A stretch of 64,000 nt of DNA from Octopus vulgaris (lineage: Eukaryota): the NCBI GenBank assembly GCA_951406725.2, contig OX597831.1:10850001-10914000 (forward strand). The letters run 5' to 3'. Below are positions 53,697-64,000 of the stretch, in pieces (within the stretch, counting starts at the first letter, position 1; every line of letters begins with the position of its first letter). The translations under genes and the position numbers were made by a program. Below the pieces are notes generated by a model. It searched no databases. It saw only the letters and a program-made list of their open reading frames with translations, and was not told the origin of the DNA.

Positions 53697-53754
<58 letters not shown>

Positions 53755-53779
53755 AAAATATATATATATATGTGTGTGT

Positions 53780-53817
<38 letters not shown>

Positions 53818-53825
53818 CTGTGTAA

Positions 53826-53871
<46 letters not shown>

Positions 53872-54190
53872 ATGAAAACAGTCTGATTTAAATTCGTTGG
53901 TACTCTTGAGTTTCAAACGGGATTCTAGTTAGCCATTTTGAATTTGAATGACAGATGTTGATTGTTATTACCGTATGGTGGACTGCGATTGGTCAAGGAA
54001 GGTCACGCGGTGTCTTGGTTTGATGTTGGTGTATATATACGATGTTAGAAAACACCGTATATATACACGACGGGCTTCTTTCAATTTCCTTCTACCAAAT
54101 CAATTCTTATGGCTTTAGTCGGCCCGAAACAGTAATAGAATGTGCCATGCAGTGGGACTGAAACAAAAAACATGTGGTCGAGAGGCACAA
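53390..54190 (-). mobile_element. SINE family C stretched by internal microsatellite expansion or insertion
   Basis: Tail at 53390-53590 and head at ~54065-54190, separated by (CA)/(TA)/(TG) tracts and ~170 bp of other DNA. Confidence 0.6.
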
Positions 54191-54307
54191 TGTTACAACC
54201 GTTTAAACGCTAATTTCGCACGACACTGATTCCGTAATACGCAAATATTTTCTTTGTTGAACAAAATAATTTCAGTGAAATAAGACTGCAGTGATATAAC
54301 TAGCTGG

Positions 54308-54538
54308 GGCGGCGAGCTGACAGAATCGTTAGCACGCCGGGCGAAATGCGTAGCCTTATTTCGTCTGGCGTTACGTTCTGAGTTCAAATTTCGCCGAGGT
54401 CGACTTTGCCTTTCATCCTTTCGGGGTCGATTAAATAAGTACCAGTTACGCACTGGGGTCGATGTAATCGACATAATCCGTGTGTATGTCCTTGTTTGTC
54501 CACTCTGTGTTTAGCCCCTTGTGGGTAGTAAAGAAATA
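54308..54538 (+). mobile_element. SINE family A, young full-length monomer
   Basis: GGCGGCGAGCTGACAGAATCG head, GAGTTCAAATT B-box-like motif; perfect 15-bp TSD GATATAACTAGCTGG at 54293-54307 and 54539-54553. Confidence 0.95.
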
Positions 54539-55331
54539 GATATAACTAGCTGGTTGCGAGGAAATTCCAGATATAATAAAATTCTTTATCTTAATCCAAA
54601 TATCTCCAAACTACGTTTCATTATATTCAAGATTTTCTCTTCGGTTGACTGACGTATGGCAGTGACGGTTACACATCAAAAGATTAGTGTAATGTTCCTC
54701 TCTGCTGAGATGTGCTTGAAGCCTGAACCTAGCTATCTCGTAATCATGATGCCGAGCTACGAAGATCTAAGTAGCGGCATAATCGGTTGGATTTATCCGT
54801 TTATTTTAGTAATTGAAGGAGACTTCTTTCAGAACTGCGTTATTCAAATACCTGACCATTCGGTTTGAGGGAACATTGAGTGTGAAGAACGGTAGATTAA
54901 ATTAGTTTTAATACGTGGTTTGTATTTAATCCATTCAGAAAGATTAAATGCAAAGTTAACTTCGGCGGGGTTTAAAGTTAAGCTTCAAATAGTTATACAA
55001 GAAAATCCTTCTCCTTAATCTGTCAGGTATTTTACCGATTGCGTTAATCCAGCGACCTTTACTGTTCAATAATATTTCAGTAAATTTCTGATCGCTATGA
55101 ATTCTGTTGATCTCTCGAATGTGTGCAGAAAGTAAATGTTTATTGTTTCGGTTCAGCTTCATAATGTAATCGATCCTAAGATAAGCGCAATGTCTCACAA
55201 AGTGTACGAATGTTTTCCAAGTACATTAAAATTAAATCTTCGTAAAATGATAGGTCTAATCAGCATTCGAAACCCGTTTTCTGATTTGCAACTGCCTTAG
55301 AATAATACAAATATTTTAATACAGAATAGCG

Positions 55332-55566
55332 ACCTATTTCTTTACTACCCACAAGGGGCTAAACACAGAGGGGACAATCAAGGACAGACACACGGATTTA
55401 GTCGACTATATCGACCCCAGTGCGTAACTGGTACTTATTTAATCGACCCCGAAAGGATGAAAAGCAAAGTTGACCTCGGCGGAATTTGAACTGAGAACGT
55501 AACGGCAGATAAAATACGGCTACGCATTTCGCCCGGCGTGCTAACGATTCTGCCAGCTCGCCGCCT
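55332..55566 (-). mobile_element. SINE family A, full length
   Basis: Near-identical inverted copy of 54308-54538. Confidence 0.93.
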
Positions 55567-56020
55567 AATAACCCACTAGTCGTAGTATTTCCGATTTGAA
55601 TACAATTTCAAGTGGCTGTTTGACGGTTTCTATTCTTTTCAATAAATCTTCAAAAGGCTACGACAGATATAAATTCCCTAGAGCGAGGTTCACACCAATA
55701 CGAACATGAACTCAGAGTCGAAGCACATCGTTCCCTTGAAAGCTATAAATATTTGTAATATTGGTTCAACGGTAAATACTTAAAAGGTGTGTGTTATAGA
55801 CTAAATCAAATCAGTGGGTCTTCAACACCTGCTTTATTAGAATATCCTACAAACTTTCGTTTGATACTCTGGAAAGTAAGTGGAAACTATTCTAACGCAA
55901 ATTGCCTTCACTCGGAACACGAAGCTTTATATTTTGAGCTCTTCTTCGACCATAAATAAAATATCTGAACCAAGTTTTTGAACCACCTCTTATCATTTTC
56001 TGTCTGTCTGTCTGTATGCT

Positions 56021-56053
<33 letters not shown>

Positions 56054-56566
56054 TTCTCTCTCTCTCTCTCTGCGGATCAGATATGCTGAACGGGGTGATG
56101 ATCAGTGCTACGGAGAATAACGCACAGTACTTTCGTACCCTAACAAATAGAACATGGTGGAGTTAGAGACCATCAAACTCTTCTCTGCTAGCATTCTAGC
56201 AGAAAATAGTTTCAAAGAGACGATAAAACATGTTAGGCATGGACGGAGCGCTGCAATGCATGGTATTGAATGATTTAAGAGGAAGCTTCTTCCAAACTCA
56301 CGTGTGGGTTACAGTTCGAATAATGCTCATATGAATTGTGTATTTCTATAAAAGCAAAGGAAAGAGATCACAGTTCTTGTGCATAGCAAATCGAATTTAT
56401 GTAAGCGAAATCGTTTTCCTTGCCAAGAACAGTTTCGTGAATAAATCTGTCCGCTAAATTATAAGGAAAGATTTGTTGGACTCCAACACTCCGGTAAATT
56501 TCTTCTTCAATCTTAACACTTCTTCTACATACAAAGGACAGCTATATGTTATGTTGAGTTTTTAAA

Positions 56567-56790
56567 ACCTATTTCCTTATTTCCCACAAGGGGCTGAACA
56601 CAGAGGGGACAAACAAAGACAGACACACGGATTAAGTCGATTACATCGACCCCAGTGCGTAACTGGTACTTATTTAATGGATCCCGAAATGATGAAAGGC
56701 AAAGTCGACCTCGGCGGAATTTGAACTGAGAACGTAACAGCAGACGAAATAGCTCTAAGCATTTCGCCCGGCGTGCTAACGATTCTGCCA
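56567..56790 (-). mobile_element. SINE family A
   Basis: Reverse complement of the family A body and young tail. Confidence 0.9.
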
Positions 56791-56964
56791 AAAACCGTCA
56801 TGCTGCATAGCCTCAACATGATCCACCGTTCCGCCCAGTGGGATTTACTAACAGACTACAGGAATTGAACCATTAAAAGTTATGAGTGTTGGCCATTAAC
56901 AAGATTCCGTACGAACTACAGATTCTTCAAAGAGTTTTCCAATATCTTATCAAATGTAGAAAAC

Positions 56965-57180
56965 GATGAGCTAACAGAATCATTTGTATGCCGGGTAAAA
57001 TGCTTAGCGATAGTTCTTCCGTCTTTGCGTTATGAGTTCAAATTCCACCGAGGTCTACTTTGCCTTTCATCCTTTCGGGGTCGATAAAATAAGTTTCTGT
57101 TGAGCGATGGGGTCGATGTAATCCACTTACCCTCCCCTACCCCTAACTTGCTGGCCTTGTGTCAAAATTTGAAACAATCA
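56965..57180 (+). mobile_element. SINE family A, older tail
   Basis: Core plus CCCTCCCC...GCTGGCCTTGTGTCAAAATTTGAAAC tail. Confidence 0.85.
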
Positions 57181-58734
57181 GGAATTAAAAGCCTCAGATT
57201 CTGAATATCACATCGAACCTATAGCAGTTGACACTTTCCTAAAGTACCATACACTGTAATTGAAACCGGGACAACGTGAATGGTAAGAAAATTCCATAAC
57301 CTCATAACCATACTTCATCTATGCTTCGTCTTCTATTCAACATTCCTCACCTCGGACAGGATATTCGTTTAATTAATTCGCTGCTTCATCTGAAATCCAA
57401 TCCAATTTTATTTAAAAGACGAATATATTATTCATATTCAGTCAAACCTACGACGTGTTTATGAATATATGATATCACTTTCTCTTAGCTTAACATTAGG
57501 ATTCCATTTGGTTTTTTTCTTTTTTTGTGAAGTGATTTGGCGATTAATTTAACCTCTGTCTGTGACCGAGAGTTGTTCCGTTGACCCTGGAAAGATTAAA
57601 GGCAAAGTTAAGTACGTGAGGGTTTAAACTCTGATCTGACAGAGAGGAAACTAAATACTGTAATGCTTTTAGTCCGGCGCCCGACTACGTTGGTCATTCA
57701 TATCATCTGATAAATGTTCATTATTTAAAGAAAGCTACGGGAATATAAACCACATGTATTAATAGTGATTTTCATTTATTAGGTGTAAGGGATACTACCA
57801 TTGCGCCCGGTTCGGCCAGTTCGGCCACAAAACTGAAATAAATAATATTTTCTAAACGGCACAATGCCACAGACTTTCAAGAGACTGTTACAAACTAGCG
57901 GTTCGGCAAAATAACCGATAGAATAAGGACGAGATTTAAAAAGAAAGTACTAGAGTTGATCTGGTTTACAAAAAATATTTCCACGTGGTACCCCTGCATT
58001 CCCACAGCTCAATGATTAGAACAAGTAAAAGATAGAAAACATAAAAATTATAAGGGTTCGAACATGGATTGGGTATCGTTTGTTATAAACTGAAGGAGAA
58101 AGAATGACAGAAATGGTAGAGAGGATGTGGAAAATCTTTCTGGAGTATATTTACGTTTTCAATTCAGATTCCTTCATCTCCCAATCAAAAAGATGCCTTT
58201 GATCCTTGTGAGGACATCAAATTAAATACTGCTGTTCTCTTATGGAAATATATCAACATATATACTCTTCAGTCTGTTTACGTAAAAGTCCCAGAGCAGC
58301 AATTCGTTTCGTTTCGAGGTGATCCGAGTAGAGGATATTGATAATCCTCAATAATCGCAAAATATCGCTTTTGACAATATTCTTCATCATTTCGGGTGTG
58401 TGACTCTTGATGTTCTTTAACACTCAGCTTCCTGTAGGTAGGTTTCCCTGGACGCTATGCCGCAGCAAATGGGTGATCAAACAAAATATAAACACTATGT
58501 ATCTGCGATCGATCATGTTTATATGACTGGAGCTGCTTTCAATTCGTAATTTAATTCTGAAATTAAACCCAAATGATTTTTTCTTAAATTCATTTTTTGT
58601 TTTTTTAGTCTTTGAACTTACTTACTTCCGAGGCAATAACACTGGTCCTTTTCTTCTACGGAGTTTGTTATATCGACATGTCTCATCCGCCATGTTTTTG
58701 GCATTTTGTTAATCTATCAGTTTTTTTTTAATGG

Positions 58735-59240
58735 TTTCTGATTTAATTACAAAGCCAGCAGTTTTGGTGGAAGAGTATTAGTCGATTTCGTTACCCTAGT
58801 ACTTACCTGACACTTTATTTTATCGCCCAGAAAAGATGAAAAGCAAAGCTGACCTCTGCGAAATTTGAGCTGGAAACGTACTGATTCTGACTAAATCTTT
58901 CTAATTTTGACACAAGGGCACCGATTTTGAGCTGATTACATCGATTCCATGGTGCAAATGGCAATTTTCTTATCAACCCCAAAAGAATTAAAGGTAAAGT
59001 CAACTAAGATAGAATTTTAACTTAAACGCAAAGCTTCATTAGAAATGCCGCTAAGCATTTCGTCCGACGTGGTAACGATTTGGAATAATTAAACCATTCT
59101 GTTATAAGCAGAAGGCCGGCCTAATTATGTTTGCAGAGGTGGGGAAGATAATTACAGCGATCCGAGCGGCGGATTCGCACTTATTTTATCGACTCCGAAA
59201 TGATAAAAAGCAAAGTCGACCTCGACGACATTTGAACTCC
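58735..59240 (-). mobile_element. Cluster of three degenerate SINE A copies in the same orientation
   Basis: TTTTATC...GAAA..ATGAAAAGCAAAG.TGAC-like motif repeated at ~58820, ~58970 and ~59185. Confidence 0.65.
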
Positions 59241-60095
59241 TTTCGGAATAAATATATATATTTAAACTCAGGTTGAGAACGATAAAATGCGATACAAGTC
59301 GTCGAATTAAACGGTGCGTACGCCTCCTTTAAACTTAACATTTTATTTTGTTAAAGTGCTTTAGTAATAAACCTGAAAATTTAATGAATATAGAAAACTA
59401 AGACGATGGCCGGTAACGTGTCTATTTATAAATTAAACATGTATTATGACTGATGAATTATCGAACGTGAACTTTATGTATAATTGCATTGTTTCGAAAT
59501 GTTTACATTCAATATATGAGCCCCAAGCTGAGTAGTAAAGTTTCCTGGACTTGACTTGCAATTAGTGGTCATTTAGTAAACATCTTTTCATTTATGTGTC
59601 CAACAATGTCATATTGTCCGCTTAAAAACTAACGTTTTTCACCAGATCTACTGGTCTTCTTCCGTCGATCATAGACGAGAGAAATATTTAGAAATTTTCT
59701 TCCGCAAAGTCAGTGAGACATCTTTGAAAATATCTTTCAAATCCTGAATAATATTCCCAGAGTTCATTGAAATAACCGAGATTTCCAATGGCTATAACCT
59801 TTTAAATGTAAAACCTGTTGGAATCAGCTGCACGAACGGTTGTGTGAATGATGCTAAATGTAGTTTAACATTACAGCAACAGTAGTTTCAGTTAAATACA
59901 CACTAATTAAACTTTAAATTCACATTCATGTCTAATATAGTTCTTTTCACGCTATAACAATGACAAATATTATAGAAGAATGGGTGATTTTATAGTCAGA
60001 AAACAGCAGGAATAACATTTACGTAGCTGCTCCAACGTTGCGAACTAAAATTCTGCCTCTCTCCCCTTGTTTTCCACTCTCTCCTCGCTCCCCAC

Positions 60096-60138
<43 letters not shown>

Positions 60139-60864
60139 CGCAAGCTTCCTACCTTTTCAAGTTCTAAACACTACAGTCCAGCTTGCCCACATTGAAGAAC
60201 GAATAATAACAGCCTGATAGTTGATCAGAAGCACAAATTAGAATCACGACATATATCTATATATGTATATATATCTATATATGTATATCGGATAGTGCGT
60301 ACCTTAAACTGGAAACAGACTAAAATGAGTGGAAGATAACACAGTAGAAAATGGGAAATAAAATACCTGAGAAGAGAAATTCATTTGTGAAGAAGAATAA
60401 AAAGCATAAAACAAAAATATAAATAAAGAAACTGAAAAAAATCAATAAGACTGAGTTTATTTAGTTATCCGACGGCAGATTTTTTTCTCGATTTTCTCTC
60501 ATGCCATAGAATTACTCAAACAACAAATTTTGTAGCAACTCGGCATCAACTAAAATTAAAATTTTTTACCATCAGAATAGAAATCATCTCAGCATAATAA
60601 CAGCTTACATGCTATGAGTTCCTCCTTGAATTCCTATTGAAAAGTGAAGCATTAATGATTAATAGAAGAAGCTATAAATAAAAGATATAACACACTTTCT
60701 GTCCGTTTCATTCAGGGAAGTGTTACATAAGAGGAATTTCAAAATACGTCTTGCAACCAGTATGGCACAATCATTTCGAGTCGAGACTTCAGACACTTTC
60801 AAAACAAGTTTAGTAACAATCCAATTAAATTCTTTTACCTTTCTTTCATATCTATATGCCATTT

Positions 60865-61310
60865 AAGGCGGCGGGCTGGCAGAATCGTTACTTCGCCGGA
60901 CGAAATGCTTTGCGGCATTTCGTCCGTATTTACATTTCGAGTTCGAATGCTGCCGGGATCGACTTTGTCTCTTACCCTTTCAGGGTCGATAAAATAGGTA
61001 ACAGTTGAGCGCTAGGGTCGATGAAATCGACTTACGCCCTCCCCCAAATTATTGCCCTAATAGAAATTAATTTCTATTTGGCGGCGAGCTGGCAGAAACG
61101 TTAGCACGCCGGGTGAAATGCATAACCGTATTTCGTCTGCCGTTACGTTCTGAGTTCAAATTCCGCCGAGGTCGACTTTGCCTTTCATCCTTTCGGGATC
61201 GATTAAATAAGTACCAGTTACGCACTGCGGTCGATATAATCGACTTAATCCGTTTGTCTGTCCTTGTTTGTCCCTTCTGTTTAGCCCCTTGTGGTCAATA
61301 AAGAAATAAG
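60865..61310 (+). mobile_element. Two adjacent SINE A copies (old tail 60865-61070, young tail 61079-61310)
   Basis: Each begins GGCGGCG(A/G)GCTGGCAGAA. Confidence 0.88.
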
Positions 61311-61627
61311 AATTGAATTTGTCTGGCCACCAGGACTGAATGGAAAAATATCAGTCGATAAAGATCATCGTCCGTATGTTCCTCTGAAACATCCATCCAT
61401 CCTAACTTTATTCCCCAGTATTCTTAGGAGGGTCGTGGAGGTTGTGTTCTCAGGTACATTCCTCATAGGACAAAAATTTTGAGGGGTGAGTCCAAATTGA
61501 TTACGAGAGATATAAATATCTCTATGCTTGTACACAAGTGCTTATCTTCTGAGCATAATTAATTTTGTAGCTATATACATCTTTATATATATATGTATAT
61601 ATATATATGTGTGTGTGTGTGTATGTA

Positions 61628-61658
<31 letters not shown>

Positions 61659-62459
61659 TAGTGTTTATTTATATGCACCAAGCCCAATCCGTTGTGTTTA
61701 TCTTCATAATTATTTCGCTTTCTGATTTCCTCCGAGTGTGTGTGTATATATAACATACACACACATACACACAAATACAGATATATCTATATCTATCTAT
61801 CTATCTATATATATATATATATATATATATACTAATTATAAATTTAACCTTTAAAGGTATTTTTTGATATACTGGCCATTGATAAAATTTTTTTCCCGAA
61901 AAAAATGTTATCCTACATTAGTTATATATATATATATATATGCATATGTATGTATGTATTTGTACTGTGTACATTAGATACATATATGTGTGTGTGAAAT
62001 ATGGCCATGAGAACAGTTCCTTTTTGCATAAAGCTAATTCTGCTGATATTAAAAGCGTCCATAACTTTCAACATTTAAAATACTTCGATACTTTTAACTG
62101 ACGCTAACACAATAGATCCGACATTTTCATGCAGCACCGAGAACAAAACCCAAGCACAAAACCCTGGACATCAAACACCAGTAAAATAAAATGCATTTAT
62201 CGATTCTGGTTTCAAGAACTTACAGTTTATTATGGGTTTATAACACTCTTGCACAAATTAGTGATCTATCCAAAATTCTCAGTACCATTTCCATTATTTT
62301 GAAAATGTTGCAGTTCTTAGGCAACTTTAAAACAATCAGATGAAAGTTGAGAATATGCAAAATTTCAAAGGCAGAACGAAAAATGTACAAAACTTTCTAT
62401 AGTCCACCTTGTAATTATATATATATGTATATATAAATATACACATATGTGTGTGTGTG

Positions 62460-62508
<49 letters not shown>

Positions 62509-62556
62509 TTTTACACATATATATATACATATATACATATATATGTGTGTATGTAT

Positions 62557-62592
<36 letters not shown>

Positions 62593-62699
62593 CTGTATAC
62601 ATATATACATATATATATATACACATATATATATGTATGTACTATATATACTATATATATATACCTATATACTTGTTTGTTTGTGTGAGTGTGTCTGTA

Positions 62700-62730
<31 letters not shown>

Positions 62731-63469
62731 GTACACTCACACATATAGATATTGATTTTGGGAAGTCTGTACTTTGTTCCTTTGTCTAATGAAAAGATGC
62801 AAAGCATTTGGAATAAAAGACATTACGTTCATTCACAAATATATTTATATGCCGCCATACAGGCACATGAACGTAATTCAGATACGATATTTCTTGAATG
62901 AAAACGGGAATTTCAATGGCAGATATTGCTAAGTGCTATGTGTATGTCAAACAAACAAACAAAGCTCTTAGATATCAAAAGCTGTAATTCCCTACAGTAT
63001 TTGCATCAGCCTTTAAAATTATTATTAAAATAACAGTTACATCAAACAAAATAGCGCTGAGAACATGATGGCTGCTTTTGTCGCTTCTACAACAAACCTT
63101 GGCGAAGTTTGGTTTATCATAACAGAAAATTGAAAGAAAACAAGAACGTATTTCCATATGTTATTGAGATGGAACAAAAACGAATATAAACTCAATAGAT
63201 TTTGGTTTAGAAGCAGGTCCAGCGATTATTAATATGTAGTCATTTATTAACTACCTCATCCCTATTAATTTGCGATAGCTTATCAGCAAGTACTTCACGG
63301 AGAATTAAAATGATTAACAATGTACTAAGATATTATCAAAGATATGAGAGAATTTTCCATGGTTCAATAAATCCTTTCAAATTTAAGATGCTCTGTTAAA
63401 TATTTGTCTATAAAGAACCAGATATTGCTGGAGAATGGTTCGCAAAGAATTATGCACACGTATATACAA

Positions 63470-63622
63470 GGAGAGTTTACGAAAGAAACAAAAGACGAAG
63501 ACAGGCGGTGAACAAAGCAAACAGATGTATTAGTATAACGCTCAGGAATAGAAAAATTCCTTTACGTTTCGAGCCTACGCTCTTCTACAGAAAGGGACAC
63601 AGAAAAAAAAGGAGAGAAACAA
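63470..63622 (-). mobile_element. Dispersed repeat D with a hammerhead-like motif
   Basis: Copy of 8399-8553; minus strand CTTT-CTGTAGA-A-GAGC-GTAG-GCTC-GAAAC-GTA-AAGG. Confidence 0.8.
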
Positions 63623-63740
63623 GATATATAAATATATATAAAATGTGAATTAGAGATAAAACCACTATTATCAATTCAAACAGTGATAGACATAAACCAA
63701 TACGTAAATAACAAATAATATATATAATTAATATAATATA

Positions 63741-64000
63741 TGATTGATTGATTGATTGATTGATTCTAGTTTCAGCTTATGAGCTGTGGCCATGCTGGGG
63801 CACCGCCATTTGGTGTTGCTACTTGGTTTCACTTCATGGAGGCTTTCTAGCAACTGCTATTTGGTGCATGAGAGAGTTCGATGCAGCTGCCCTCATCTGC
63901 CCCTCCTGCCGTGAAGTTGGTTCATCTGGGACACCTGACAGGAAGAGATCCAGCTTCATTTTAAAGACATCTGTATCCACCCCATGCAGGTCTCTCAGGT
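63741..64000 (-). mobile_element. 3' end of a CR1/L2-group LINE (ORF2 C-terminus, 3' UTR, (ATCA)n tail), continuing beyond the window
   Basis: Open frame LRDLHGVDTDVFKMKLDLFLSGVPDEP...RAAASNSLMHQ...* (stop at 63834-63836) with the FK.KLD motif; terminal stem-loop and tetranucleotide tail. Confidence 0.8.

Overview
Eukaryotic, AT-rich, repeat-dense non-coding DNA (intronic or intergenic). The SINE repertoire and microsatellite load look like a coleoid cephalopod, probably Octopus (inference). I found no recognisable host protein-coding exon: almost all ORF-track entries are translations of (TA)n/(TG)n/(GGT)n microsatellites or of SINEs. The window holds at least 4 tRNA-derived SINE families (many copies with clear TSDs, some nested, dimeric or tail-swapped), R4/Dong-type RLE LINE remnants next to (TAA)n tracts, the 3' end of a CR1/L2-group LINE that shares its tail with one SINE family, a complete non-autonomous Helitron, a hAT MITE with an 8-bp TSD, a long-TIR element, a mariner relic and a 537-bp tandem duplication. 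The most notable signal is a set of sequence-unrelated fold-back (inverted-repeat) elements, mostly in (TA)n-rich tracts, that each carry a minimal type I hammerhead ribozyme fold. One of these has a fully intact core (6033-6121, minus strand) and two show the U3-A8 core variant. They are best read as Penelope-like pLTR-derived, ribozyme-bearing mini-elements. Coordinates were counted by hand and may be off by a few bases.
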